A stretch of 63,561 bases of DNA, counting the filler, from Reclinomonas americana ATCC 50394 (Eukaryota): NCBI GenBank assembly GCA_048213135.1. It is 25 parts of 25 records of this genome, joined end to end, with 100 filler letters (N's around TTAATTAATTAA, not from the genome) between each part and the next. Parts side by side here need not be neighbours in the genome. Positions count along the whole stretch, not along the records: positions 1 to 1,963 come from AFZH01024291.1; positions 2,064 to 4,430 come from AFZH01024292.1; positions 4,531 to 6,543 come from AFZH01024294.1; positions 6,644 to 8,489 come from AFZH01024295.1; positions 8,590 to 11,536 come from AFZH01024296.1; positions 11,637 to 13,856 come from AFZH01024297.1; 19 more parts are not named here. One strand, written 5' to 3'. Both the position numbers and the translations under genes were made by a program. Shown here one piece after another: positions 1 to 11,701 of this stretch. How positions within the stretch are numbered: position 1 is the first letter of the stretch; each line of letters starts with the position of its first letter. The notes under the pieces are model-generated. The model did not search any database. It was not told the origin of the DNA and saw nothing but the letters and a program-made list of their open reading frames with translations.

Positions 1-37
1 CAGATTGCTGGGATGCAGTGTGTTTCGGATTCAGTCG

Positions 38-496
38 ATGAACAAGAAGGACGAAGCCGCTCCCCCCAGGCTTCATCGCGGCGACATCATGAGCCCGGAG
101 ACCCGCAGCGCGGTGATGTCCCGCATCCGCGGCAAGGGCACGAAGCCGGAGCTGGCGATGGAGGCGGGCCTCTCCCAGCGTGGACTGATCTTCGAGACCC
201 ATGCCCGGGACCTACCGGGAAGGCCCGACATCGTGATCCGGGAGGCGCGCGTCGCCGTCTTCGTGGACGGCGATTTCTGGCACGGACGCGACTTCGCGAA
301 GTGGCGGCTAAAGCTGTCGGAGAAGTGGGAATTGAAGATCGCCGCCAACATCTCCCGCGACCGCCGCAATCGAAAGGCATTGCGGGCGGCCGGGTGGAAG
401 GTGATCAGGATCTGGGAACGGGAAGTGAAGGCCGATACCGCCCGCTGCGTGCGCCGGATCATGCGCGCCTGCGCTGAGTCCAGCGAGCCACAGTAG
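38..496 (+). CDS. vsr: Very short patch repair endonuclease (Vsr family); start may be 38 or 89
   Basis: Vsr motifs RSAVMSRIRGKGTKPE, LPGRPDIV, VFVDGDFWHG, GWKVIRIWE; lies directly upstream of a C5-MTase. Confidence 0.95.
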   Translation: MNKKDEAAPPRLHRGDIMSPETRSAVMSRIRGKGTKPELAMEAGLSQRGLIFETHARDLPGRPDIVIREARVAVFVDGDFWHGRDFAKWRLKLSEKWELKIAANISRDRRNRKALRAAGWKVIRIWEREVKADTARCVRRIMRACAESSEPQ

Positions 497-606
497 GGTT
501 AATTCGCTTTTCAGCTCCTGGCCGGAAACATGAGCTGCTTGAAAGAAGCCAAGCTACCTGGCAGCCTGGCAACGTCGCCGGCGATTCTCTGGTGGCTCCG
601 GGGGAT

Positions 607-1635
607 GTGGTGGTTCGCACGGTCGATCTTTTCTGCGGTGGGGGTCTCAGCAGTTGGGGCGCACAGGCCGCCGGCGCCCAGATCGTAGCCGGAGTGGATG
701 CATGGGACCGCGCCACCGCGACGTTCCAGCGGAACTTCCCCAAGGCGTTTGTCAGGAACTGCCGCCTGTCCATGGACAGCGGTCCGGAGATCTTCGGGCG
801 CGACATCGGCCCGGTCGATCTCCTGATCGCCTCGCCCGAATGCACGAACCACTCGATTGCCAAGGGCAACAAGCCTCGCGACGAGGACAGCCGGAGGTCC
901 GGTTCGTTCGCCGTCGAGTTCCTGAGGAAGATGGGCAAGGCCGCACCCCGCTGGGTCGTCCTGGAAAACGTCGCGCCGTGGCGGCACTGGTCGGGCTACA
1001 GCGATCTTATCAGAGGATTGGAGGGCCTCGGCTATCATTACGAGACCCTGATCCTGGACGCGACGAACTTCGGAGTGCCCCAATCGCGAAAGCGCCTGTT
1101 CGTGGTCGGCGACCGCGCAGGTAAGCCGCGGCTACCGACAAAGGGGCCGGCCACGTCCCTGACCGCACGCGACATCCTCTTCGACAACCCGACCTGGAAG
1201 GAAGGGCCGCTCTACACACCGACCCGGTCGCCCAACACGCTAGCCCGAGCCCAGGCCGGCATCGATGCCCTCGGCAAGGGCGTCGATTTCCTGGTGGTCT
1301 ACTACGGTTCGGACAAGGCGGGGGGCTGGCAGGCCCTGGACCGTCCTCTCAGGACACTGACGACCCTCGACCGGTTCGGCCTCGTCCGCTGGAGGGACGG
1401 CGAGCCGACCCTTCGCATGCTCCAGGTGCCCGAACTGGTCCGGGCGATGGGCCTTCAAGACCGCAAGCCGGCAAGAGGCCCAAGCGTTCCTTTTCGCTTC
1501 TCGGACGATTGCAGCCGCAGGGAACGGGTGAAGATCGTCGGCAACGGTGTGTGCGCGCCGGTGATGGAGGCCATCGTCCGGTCGCTCACCGCGACCGCGT
1601 CTACGAAGGTTCAACCTAGCGGACTAGCAGCCTGA
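607..1635 (+). CDS. dcm: DNA (cytosine-5)-methyltransferase
   Basis: Motif I DLFCGGG, catalytic motif IV SPECTNHS, motif VI LENV, motif VIII GVPQSRKRLF, motif X GNGV; GTG start after GGGGA (start approximate). Confidence 0.93.
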   Translation: MVVRTVDLFCGGGLSSWGAQAAGAQIVAGVDAWDRATATFQRNFPKAFVRNCRLSMDSGPEIFGRDIGPVDLLIASPECTNHSIAKGNKPRDEDSRRSGSFAVEFLRKMGKAAPRWVVLENVAPWRHWSGYSDLIRGLEGLGYHYETLILDATNFGVPQSRKRLFVVGDRAGKPRLPTKGPATSLTARDILFDNPTWKEGPLYTPTRSPNTLARAQAGIDALGKGVDFLVVYYGSDKAGGWQALDRPLRTLTTLDRFGLVRWRDGEPTLRMLQVPELVRAMGLQDRKPARGPSVPFRFSDDCSRRERVKIVGNGVCAPVMEAIVRSLTATASTKVQPSGLAA

Positions 1636-1803
1636 CTTCGGAGCTCTAATAGCCGCACTGTCCGTTCGCCGTATTGGTCTGCTCTCATCGAGAACACAGA
1701 ACTTCGGATCACAGTAGGTTATTCGCTGTTGGCGCTAGCCGCACGTCGGCAATTGCGCTTCCCCCCCCCGCGACGCCCTGGCCCTCGGGCGGACCGACAG
1801 GAT

Positions 1804-1821
1804 TTTGAAACTGGTTTCAAA
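1804..1821. repeat. Perfect inverted repeat TTTGAAAC-tg-GTTTCAAA overlapping the recombinase stop codon
   Basis: Read directly from the sequence. Confidence 0.6.
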
Positions 1822-2539
1822 CCTGTTCTAAGAGCCGCTCGACTTTGACGGCGGACCATGCGCCACTCCGCGCTGTCGGGATTCGGCGAGCGTTAAGGGC
1901 GGCGGCGATCTCGCGCAGGGAGCAAGCCCCGGCAGCCCGGATCTCGGCTACGATGGGGGCGAGNNNNNNNNNNNNNNNNNNNNNNNNNNNNNNNNNNNNN
2001 NNNNNNNTTAATTAATTAANNNNNNNNNNNNNNNNNNNNNNNNNNNNNNNNNNNNNNNNNNNNGCAGCAAGGTTGCCCCGGTCGCCACCGAGCTTCACGC
2101 CGCGCGCCTTGGCAGCCGCGAGCGCCTTCTTAGTGCGTTCCGAGATGAGCCCGGCTTCGAGTTCCGCCACGGCGAGCATCTGGCGGAGCATGAACCGTCC
2201 CGCCGGGCCCTCAATCTTCGGCAGGTCACAGAACCTGACCTCGACCCCGGCCGCCACCAACCGAGCCATGAAATCGGGATTGCGGGTGAGCCGGGAGACG
2301 TTGGCGACTACGAGCACCGCACCCATGATACGACACCGGGCTAGAGCCTTATCGAGGTTCGGCCGGTCATCGCCCTTGGTGGTCCCGCTCTCGACCTCGA
2401 CGAATTCTCCTATCAGCTCCCGGGAGCCGCCGTTGAGGAATGTACGGACGGTCTCGCGCTGAGCTTCGAGGCCGAGGCCGCTGATGCCCTGCTTGCTGGT
2501 GGAGACGCGCAGATATGAAACAAAGGCTCCCTGAGCCAT
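1817..2539 (-). CDS. Serine recombinase/resolvase with C-terminal recombinase DNA-binding domain; spans the gap at 1964-2063
   Basis: Catalytic YLRVST, DRPNL, SRLTR, LISERTK; the previous contig end encodes LAPIVAEIRAAGACSLREIAAALNARRIPTARSGAWSAVKVERLLEQV*. Confidence 0.9.
1964..2063. other. Artificial contig linker (N-run, TTAATTAATTAA all-frame stop, N-run); recurs about 24 times in the window
   Basis: Identical cassette at every junction, e.g. 4431, 6544, 8490, 11537, 13857, 16693, 19646, 29095, 35734, 44249, 62377. Confidence 0.98.
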
Positions 2540-2561
2540 GCATCACCCTACCCACAATAGA

Positions 2562-2603
2562 CTGTTACGTTTGAAGCCACGAACATTGCTACAGACGTAA
2601 CAG
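2562..2603. promoter_or_regulatory. Inverted repeat upstream of the recombinase (candidate res/operator site)
   Basis: CTGTTACGTTTG-N18-CAGACGTAACAG (11/12 match), about 22 nt upstream of the ATG. Confidence 0.55.
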
Positions 2604-2905
2604 GCGCTAAGCACATGGCAAGCAGGATTTCGCGCATCTGGATCAGTGAGCCCTACGGCTTTCGGTCCGTAATCGTTTTGGACTGCTTCATTGGCATGGC
2701 TCAAACAGCTTGCCTGGGCCTCTAGACCAATCCCTGTGCAACACCTCCGACGTGGCGGCGGCACCTGAGACGATCAGGGCAGTTTTCGCATCGCGAAAAT
2801 GCTGCTCCCTATCACATGACTCACCCGCCGTCTCCGCTCGGCGACCACGGGATCGTCCGGCATTGCGCGTACTAGAGGCCTTCCAGCTTAGACGCAGTTG
2901 CGCGA

Positions 2906-3190
2906 TCAGTTGCTTAGTATCGGCTCACTCTGGTCGGTCGGCCGATAGCCGCGCGCAGCCATGCAGCCGGTATAGACGTTGGTCATGAGCTGCGTCGGGT
3001 AAACCCCAGGCGCCGTGAGGATGGCTTTGCTCACCTCGCCATTGCAAACAGACTTGTCCTGCCGCATCTGGGCTGCCAAGGCGGGGCTGTCGCTCAGGGT
3101 TTTTCCGTCGATGCGGGCCATGATGGGGACGGTTGGCGCGCAGCCGGCAAGCGCGGCGACGACGGCAATGGCAACAACGACACGAAACAT
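2906..3190 (-). CDS. Small putative lipoprotein
   Basis: MFRVVVAIAVVAALAGC lipobox, GGAG RBS, C-terminal CMAARGY motif. Confidence 0.75.
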   Translation of the reverse strand: MFRVVVAIAVVAALAGCAPTVPIMARIDGKTLSDSPALAAQMRQDKSVCNGEVSKAILTAPGVYPTQLMTNVYTGCMAARGYRPTDQSEPILSN

Positions 3191-3312
3191 GGCGTCTCCT
3201 CGGATACGGTAGAAGGATGTCAGCGAGCCCGAGGGCCAGCCGATGCCGAGCCCTGGAATGGACTTGCGACATTGCGAAGAGTGGACGGGCAGGCCCGTCC
3301 TGGGCTGAGGCA

Positions 3313-3975
3313 TCAGCAGAACTTTCGCCAGACGCTGTCCATGTCTTCGACCTCCTCTTCCAGAAAGGTCAGGTCGGGTCGGGCCGCAGAGACAACACGC
3401 TGAAACCCATTCCGGCCGCCGAAGCTGTTCTTCGAACTGACCTCTCCGCAGACCATGGGGACGCCGCCCGTCCTGCTCACCGCAAGGCGGCCGAACTGGG
3501 CGCTCCGAGGGTCTTTGAGGCGATCCTTGATGGCGTCCTTCGCCTTCGCGATCCAAGCCTCATTCTTGAGTTCCGCTTCGACCGTGACTTGCCGTTGCCG
3601 TTGAGCTTCCTGTCTCTCCTGCTCTGCTTTCGCTTTTGCCTCTGCCCACCTAGCCACGTCGCGAGCGTGCGCCAGAACAGGCTCCAGCAGCGGAAAGCAA
3701 GCCGACAAAGCTGAGACCGGCAACTGGCGAAGCTCCCTGCGGGCGGGGTCGGAGCGCGCACCAGCATGCCCCAACAAGTCGTCCATACCCGCGACAAAGC
3801 TAGCAGCAGCCTCGGCAACTGATCTTGTGCTGTTATAAAGGCCGCGCGCTTCTGCCCGTGCCACCCCACGACCGAGAGCCTGTACATCCTCGGCTTTCAG
3901 CACTTCCGGGCATTGCGCGTACGCACCGCTTGTCAGGGCGCAAGCGAAGGCAACAACCTTCAAGCCCAGCCGCAC
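3313..3975 (-). CDS. Exported hypothetical protein (start uncertain)
   Basis: Signal-like N-terminus, coiled coil, C-terminal LKDPRSAQF...CGEVSSKNSFGG motif of a kind seen in mobile-element proteins. Confidence 0.65.
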   Translation of the reverse strand: MRLGLKVVAFACALTSGAYAQCPEVLKAEDVQALGRGVARAEARGLYNSTRSVAEAAASFVAGMDDLLGHAGARSDPARRELRQLPVSALSACFPLLEPVLAHARDVARWAEAKAKAEQERQEAQRQRQVTVEAELKNEAWIAKAKDAIKDRLKDPRSAQFGRLAVSRTGGVPMVCGEVSSKNSFGGRNGFQRVVSAARPDLTFLEEEVEDMDSVWRKFC

Positions 3976-4151
3976 CGTGTTGTTTGCTGACGCTCGCTGA
4001 TCGCAACCGTCCCCGAGCGCACAGCTAACACCGATACCGACGGACAGCGAAGACATTCCGGCTCCAACTATAATTGTCGTTATAGTTACGGCCGAAATGA
4101 CCACAAGCTGAATACATGGTCAACCGGCCGGCTCCGTGAAAACTCCGGTCC

Positions 4152-4430
4152 ATGGAGAAGGATTTCGCAGAAGAGCTAAGCCGCCGGCTCATGGGAGCCC
4201 GCGAGAGGAAGGGCATTTCGCAGGAAGCTCTCGCGGCCAAGGCAAATATCAGCGCCCAGAGTGTCTCGAACTACGAGAACGCTCGGTCCGTGCCTTCACT
4301 GGCCAGCCTCCTAAAAATCGCCGAAGCGTTGGACACGCCGATCTCACAGTTGCTCGACAGGCTGGATGATCGACGGTCTGCGTACGACGACAGTCGCGAT
4401 AGTAGAAGACGACGCGCTCTCATGCGGCTC
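4152..4430 (+). CDS. XRE-family HTH transcriptional regulator (3' partial)
   Basis: RERKGISQEALAAKANISAQSVSNYENARSVPSLASLLKIAEAL. Confidence 0.9.
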
Positions 4431-4530
4431 NNNNNNNNNNNNNNNNNNNNNNNNNNNNNNNNNNNNNNNNNNNNTTAATTAATTAANNNNNNNNNNNNNN
4501 NNNNNNNNNNNNNNNNNNNNNNNNNNNNNN

Positions 4531-7500
4531 GCAGCACACCCGTCAGGAAACCTTGTGGGAACGAGAAGCCAGAGATCCAGTAGGCCTTTGGTGGGCCGTT
4601 CTCCAACCAATCACGCAGGAATTCCACACGCTGAACACGAGTGAGTCATCGACCCGGCCACCACACACAGCGTAAGCACGTCACACACCTTGACCAAATC
4701 AATGACCCACGAACTGAGCGGCTTGGTGGACGGGTAGGCCGCCTTGGCCCAGTTGTTCGGCACCTTTTGGTACAAGAAGCTGACGTACATGGCCTCCAGC
4801 TCGGCGCTCATGACCACCAGGCCCTTGATAGCCTTTTGCAGATCCACCAGCGAGTTACGCATGATGCGCAGCAACTTGTTGAAGGAGTCGAGCTCCTGTG
4901 ACAGCACCGTGCCGAGCGAGTTCAGCGAACCGTCCGGCATGCGCGCAAAGCTGGAGTGGTGCGCCTTCTTGCGATCCAGCGCCGCCGGCAGACGAGAAAG
5001 GATGTCGCTGGCCAGCTCGTTGACGGTGGCATCGGGTCCAGAGGCCTCCTTCTTGCTGCTGCCTTCGCCGTCTTCCTCCGACTCGTCGCTGCCGCCCGAC
5101 GCACCTCCGCCGCGCGGTTGCATGAGAATGATGGAGTCCAGCACAATTCTCGACTCCATGGTCTGGAACGAGATCTGCGCGTTCGGGTGCAGGCCAAACA
5201 CTTGTGGCGTCTCGTCACGCGGCAACGCCTTGACGTAGTCCAACACGCCCTGGAAGCCAGCGTCGGTAGACGGCGGGTGGTACACACCTGCACACACACA
5301 CACGCCAGTAAAATACAGTGAGTGAATCGTGAAGTGGAAAAAAGAAGCACAGCGTGGCGACACAGACCATCTTCGGAGAACATGTAGTCTTCGCGCAACA
5401 CCGCCGGCGTAAAGTACGTGTTGAGGATGGAGTTGACACAGCGGAGATCCAAAAAGTCGGTGACACGACCGCCGTAGTTGATGGTGCCGAGAATGTAGCG
5501 CAGAGCAATCCACGGCACCTCCTCCTGCTCCTCCAGGTACATGCGCAGCGACTGCACCGAGGCGCTGAGGTCCGAGTTGTTCCACTCGTAGGGAATGTTC
5601 CAGCCATTGGGTCCGAACTTGCGGCGCTCTTGCAGCACGGCGTGGAAGAAGGCCAAGCTGAACAGCAGGCGCTGCCACACAGCTGGCTTTGGCGAATCCA
5701 TGTACGCGCTCTCACCGAGATCGATGAAGGAGCGAGTAATGTTGGCACGCAGTCCCTTGGGCGGCTGCGCAGACACACACACACGCGCGTGAGTTCTCCG
5801 TTGACCAGCTAAAGCTGAGCAGCAACGTGAATGGTGCGCACCTCATTGGTGAGCTTGATACCACCCTGCAGAATGGACACTGGGAACTTGGGCGTCGGCA
5901 TCGACGTGAGCCAGAGGCGGAAATCGGGATGCAGAGACGCAGGGTCGAGACCCTCCAGGATGCGCTCCAGTTCTGGCAACCATGAAATCGACAAGTGGCA
6001 GTTCTGCAGACAGACCCACTCGCCGCGCTTGGAGCCTTCGTCAATGTCCTGGCGCGCAAAGCCACCTTGGCCTTGACCAAGAGAGCGCATGCGGTAGCGA
6101 CCATCCATGCCATTCTCTCGCGCAAATGCCAAGAACATGCTCGCTGGATCGGCGCCGGGCGACAGCACAAAGATGATGGGTGTGGTGTTGGTGGAGTCCT
6201 TGAAGGTGCCGCCGAGGTTGAAACCCGGAGCATCGGCAAAGGTCGCACCAAGTGTTTGCAGCACCTACATGCCCATCAAACGATAACCCACGTGAGTCAT
6301 TCTGCTCCACAATTTCACATCGCGAGCGAGGGAGAGAGCGGAGGCAACGCAACGTATTCCTTGTTCGAGAACAGCAACTTCTCTTCGCGAATGACGCGGT
6401 AGAAAATGAAGCGCTGCCACAGCGTAAATGAGTCGTGGAACGGCTCCGGGAGCGGCAGCGTGTACGGTCGCTCGTCCTCCCACAGCGGCCTCCATGCCTC
6501 GCCTGTGGCAGGGTCAGCATGGAATTCACAGAGACAGGAGGGGNNNNNNNNNNNNNNNNNNNNNNNNNNNNNNNNNNNNNNNNNNNNTTAATTAATTAAN
6601 NNNNNNNNNNNNNNNNNNNNNNNNNNNNNNNNNNNNNNNNNNNTGAGCAGAGAGATAATGGCGTCGAGGCGCTCCTCGTGCACCTCAGAGCGCGTTGAGC
6701 GGTCGAGCACACGTCCGAACAGCTGCTTGTAGAACTGCAGCGAGGTCTGGTACATGGGGTCGAGGGCGGCCAGATCCACCACCACAAAGTACAGCAGCGA
6801 GCCACGAGTGGCGACCGTGCGGTACGAGTTACGTGTGGTGTCGATCTTGGCTGCCGTGTCCTCGGCACGGCGCAGCGACTCGTCGACCTCCGTGGACGTC
6901 TTCTTGGAGGCAGCCAGAGTGTCGATGAGGTCGTCCGTGTCGAGAATGTCATCACCGGCCTCGGCAAGCAGCTTCAAGATGCGATCCTCCAGCTCCTTCA
7001 GCGTGTCCTGGCCGGTGGCGATTTCGACGACCAGCGCGTCACGCTGCTCCTCCAACTCTGGGCGCTCAAAGCGCACCACATCGGCCAGCAGCTGCTCCTC
7101 CAAGCCCATCGGTGTCACAGTAAAGTTGATGATGGTCACCTTGATGGCCACCTCGGGCAGGTAGTGCGGGTTCGGCAGCTTGGTGGTGATGTAGAAGCGG
7201 AAATCGGGCGAGTAATCAATCTCCTTGTCGCCCAGACGAATCGTCTGACGAGCTCCAGACTTGACAATCTGCTTCGACAGAACCGGTTCTGTACAGGAGA
7301 AGAGAACAACAGTGTGAGTCTCCAGTCGTCTTCCCTCTCCTACCTACTTCTTCTCTGGATGACAACTCACCAAGCACAGGATCGAGGCTCTCGCCAACAT
7401 TCTCCAGCAGTGCAGGCGAGCCGAGTGTGATGCAATTCTCCAACGTCTGCACCCACTTCGAGTCGTTCAGCTTGAGCACCTTCAGGCCATTGGCCTTCTC

Positions 7501-10500
7501 CTGACTCTTGACCCAGCTGTTTGCTTGTCCTTGCGGATCAATCATCAGCGGCCAGCGGCGACCGCGCGCCACCAGAATGCCGTTCTCTACCGAGAAATCG
7601 TCGGCCGGCAGACCGTGCATCAGCCACGTGCGCACCTTGACGGCCTCCACAATGCCCTTGAGAGCAAAGTCCTCCGACACTGGCACGCCGAGCTGTTTGC
7701 AGCCTTGCGTCCACAGCTTCAACAGGCGCGCACGGAAGTCGGCAGTGAAGGGGCCCAGGTAGGCCACACCAGCGGCTGACAACAGCGCGTCACCAATCAC
7801 TTGATCGCGAGTTGCCAGCAGATAGGTGACGGTCTTGTCCCAGCGAATGCGTTCGCCCGACAGACCGCCGACCAGCTTGTCGGCGCGGGACAAGCGCAAC
7901 TTGGTCTTGGCCATCTCCGACTCCAGATCCGCCTTCTTCTTCATCGAGTCGTCGTACTTGCGCTGCAGAGCGGCCACACGCGCCTCAATCTCACGCAGAG
8001 CGCGCTGCTTCTCATCCAGCAGTGCCTGTGCCGTCGCCAACTCAGACTCGGCCTTGGCAAGCGCCTCACGTTTCGGTGCTGTGCCACAGAGAGTGAGCAT
8101 CCCCCACACCTTTTTTACCTAATCACGCCACCAATCTCATCTCACCTACAGTCTTGGCGACATGAGCGTACGTGTCCATGGCACGCACCCACATGCACAG
8201 CGCAGTGGCAGCCTTGGACACACGAGACACCTTCTCGATCTCAAAGTCTGGGTTGTCGATGAACTTCTTGAGCTTGCGCAGCTTGGCCTCGGGAATGTCG
8301 TCCTTCGGGTAGTTGATCAGCGACGAACGGAAGTTGGTGTCGCCGAGCATGCGCAGAGCCGTGTCCCAGTCTTGCTTCTGATCCTTCAGCAGACACACGG
8401 CCTGCATGACCAGCACGACGACTTCGGGAGGATTTCTGAACGACTTGACCTCAGTGATGGCGTCCTTGTTCAGCTTGCTGACGGCGTCTNNNNNNNNNNN
8501 NNNNNNNNNNNNNNNNNNNNNNNNNNNNNNNNNTTAATTAATTAANNNNNNNNNNNNNNNNNNNNNNNNNNNNNNNNNNNNNNNNNNNNGAGATCATCTC
8601 CGCCGAGAAGCCGCCGGTGCGCAAGAAGCCGCTGAGGATGGTGTTGAAAATCTGCGACAGACCCTCGCGATCCTGCTCCGGCACGTTGAGGACGTGGAAC
8701 TGGCGCAGCAGGCGCTTGCTTGTCGGATTGCGGCCACCACCGGGCGGACCGCAGGCTGCCATGAAGCTGGTCGTCTTGATCTTCTTGAAGAAGAGCTTGA
8801 CACGATCGTAGAAGCCACCCTGGTCGATCGTCTGACGCAGCAGCTCAATCGGCGGCTGCGCGCCGTACTGCTCCAGCTCGGGCATGTTGAGGTCGTCAAT
8901 CACAAAGATCATGTGCTTGCCACCAGGGCCGCCGAGCGTCTTGCCCTTCTTCTCCAACTTCGTCTCCATGACATCCTGCAGGTAGTGGCTGCTCGTCTGC
9001 GCGCTGAAATTGATGACGTTGCTGGAGTAGCCGCCGTGTGGGTCGTCGGTGTTGAGCACAGAGCGCAAAAAGTCGACGGCAATCACACTCTTGCCGACAC
9101 CAGTGCTGCCCGTCAGCAGCACATTGCGGAAGGCCGGCGCCGGCTTCAGCACGTCGAGCAGGAACTGCACACGCGCAGTGGTGACGTTCGGCACGAGAAT
9201 GTTGAAGTAGGGTGTGGCGGGGTTGTCTGCGCATGGAGGAAAACGGAATGGTCAGCGTGTGGCGGCAGGAATAATAAACCGAGACACACACACACACACA
9301 CACGCTTGTAGACTCACAAACGTAGTCGGGCACCGACTCGGTCCACGGGTGGAAAGACAGGTCGGCACGACGCACAGTAAAGTCGAAGCAGCTGCGGCAC
9401 CACGGGGCATCCTTCGGGAACTCCGGTGTCAGCTCCGCCAGCTTCGGCAGGATGTACTCGGAGAACTTGCTCATGGACTTGTCGTCCAGACCGCCGCCGA
9501 CAGACCACACCACAGCCAGCGTGAGGAAGGTGTTGACCATCTTGACAGCCTCGTCGTGGTCATTGATTGCGGGCGGGCGGTCTGCACTTGCCGCAGCATC
9601 GGCGGCACCACCAGCAGCAGCGGGAGCCGCTTGTTCTTCCTACAAGTGGAGGAGACACATCAGTAATGATCTCCCAAGAAAACACTACCGTGAAAACACA
9701 AAAAAACAACTCACCGCCTCTGCAGCAGCCGCATCGCCGGCCGGAGCGGCATGAGCTCCACCCGCCGCCTTGCGCACCACGCCCGGATCCGGTCGATCGG
9801 CGTCGACAGCACGCAGAATGAGGGCGCTCAGCAGTCGCAAGCAGGAGTCGACAAGGTTGAGGCGGCCGCCATCCACCGGCACGCGGCAGTTGCTGTACAC
9901 AAAGTCGAGGGCGCCCTCGAGGATCGACGGCAGCGTGGCCAGCAAGTGCTGCGCCATCTCTGGCGTACGCATCACTACCGGCAGTTCGCCCGTCGCCGGT
10001 TCTGTCACGCGACGCACCCACGTACGCAGCTGCGGCATCCAGCCACCGTCCAGCACACCGTCGTCCATGTACACCATGCCGCAGCGCGACACTGTAGCAG
10101 GCGAGGCGACGGCCAAATCTTGCACCTCGAACATCATGGACACAGTCGGCGGCAACTTGATGCGCTCGCCGTTGGGCAAGCAGAGCATCTTGTTGTCGTC
10201 CAGCACCGTGTTCATGTTCTCAATCCAGATGGCGTCGACAGGGCCGTCAAACACAATCCAGTTGCGCTCACGAGTGGTGTTCTCGACAGCACTGCGAGCG
10301 AGGGCGGCGATCAAACCGTCACGCCACTCAGCAGTCAACTCGTTGAGTTCGCCGTACAACTCGCCCATCTTGACACTCTTCGGGTTGAGCTGCGACGTGT
10401 GCACCTTGGCGTAGTAGTCGTTGTTCGGGTCGACGCCGTCCTTGTCCATGGCCGTCAGGGCGTGTTGCAGCACCTTGTAGCAACTGGTCTTGCCAGTGCC

Positions 10501-11536
10501 GGTCTGGCCGACAAGCATGACACCGTGGCGCACCACCATGGTCTCGTACAGTTGCACCACCTTCTCAATGAAGCGTACCACATGCTCAATGTTGTACGAG
10601 TCGATGGCCGCATGAATGCGCTGCTCCAGAGCACCGTAGTCGGCGTCGGGGATGCTGACGCCGGGGAAGAGATCTTGAATGAGGGCCATGAAGAGCACCA
10701 CGTCGTCGGCCAAGAACTTGGGCACATTGGCATCGCGCATGGCACGAATGAGCACAATGTCCTCGTTCAGATCGGGCTCGCGGCGCTTGAGCGCGCCAGC
10801 CATGACCAGAATGCTCTTGACGGCACGCATGCCAAAGTCGTAGTGATCCTGCTTCGACAGCTGCTCCGAGGCCAGCTTGAAGAGCTTGACCATCTTCTGG
10901 GCCAGACTGCGGGCGTTGGTGAAGCCCTCGGAGAAGAGCATGATTTCGCCAATGAGCGCGTAGTCCGGAATCATCATGGCCACCGGGCGGAACAGGGCCT
11001 GCACAGGGAGAGAGTTAGATGATGGAAGGGTGGATAGGGGGGCGCATTTTCTCTCCCACTCTCTCCCTTGCTCTCTCTCCCACTCTTCTCCTGTGTGATG
11101 GTGAACGCAAGCAAACCTTGAGGTTGTCTGGCAACTCGGTACGACCAGCGTAGCCGGGGTTCATGGTGATGAACACACCAAAGTTGGAGTTCAGTGGGAT
11201 GACGCGGTCGATGAACAAGAACTCGGTCTTGCCACCAATGATAGCCTGTGTGTGTATGCAATGCTTAGTTGCGTGGCTCGACCATTCTTTCTTAGATGGA
11301 CATTACGCAACTCCCTGAATGGTGAGAATCTGCTGCGCAATGACAGACAACACCTCAATGTCGATACGGTTGAACTCGTCAAAGCACGCCCACGCGCCGG
11401 CCTGCGCCAGACCCGAGAACATGCGACCCATAAAGGTGTACTCGATCGAGTCGGAGCAGTTGAAGACGACCACTTGGCGTGCCAGCGCCTTGCCGAGATC
11501 CTTGACGGTCTCGGTCTTGCCTGTGCCGGCCGGACC
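4531..11536 (-). CDS. Axonemal inner-arm dynein heavy chain (DNAH6-like), partial, multi-exon, over three contigs in colinear order
   Basis: AAA1 [14 protein letters not shown] and [11 protein letters not shown]2 GQTGTGKT and [17 protein letters not shown]3 GSTGVGKS and QPPIELLRQ, stalk/[20 protein letters not shown]6 LQNCHL and FRLWLTS; GT-AG introns at 6265-6353, 11246-11311 and others. Confidence 0.95.
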
Positions 11537-11649
11537 NNNNNNNNNNNNNNNNNNNNNNNNNNNNNNNNNNNNNNNNNNNNTTAATTAATTAANNNNNNNN
11601 NNNNNNNNNNNNNNNNNNNNNNNNNNNNNNNNNNNNGCGCTCACTCGCA

Positions 11650-11698
<49 letters not shown>

Positions 11699-11701
11699 CA
11701 G

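Noticed and set aside
4431..4530. Bacterial genes adjacent to eukaryotic genes, suggesting horizontal transfer
   Set aside because: Every bacterial/eukaryotic junction falls exactly on a linker, so the adjacency comes from concatenation.
4531..11536. Stop-codon reassignment in the eukaryote
   Set aside because: The conserved exons examined have no in-frame stops once introns are removed, and genes end in TAA or TGA.
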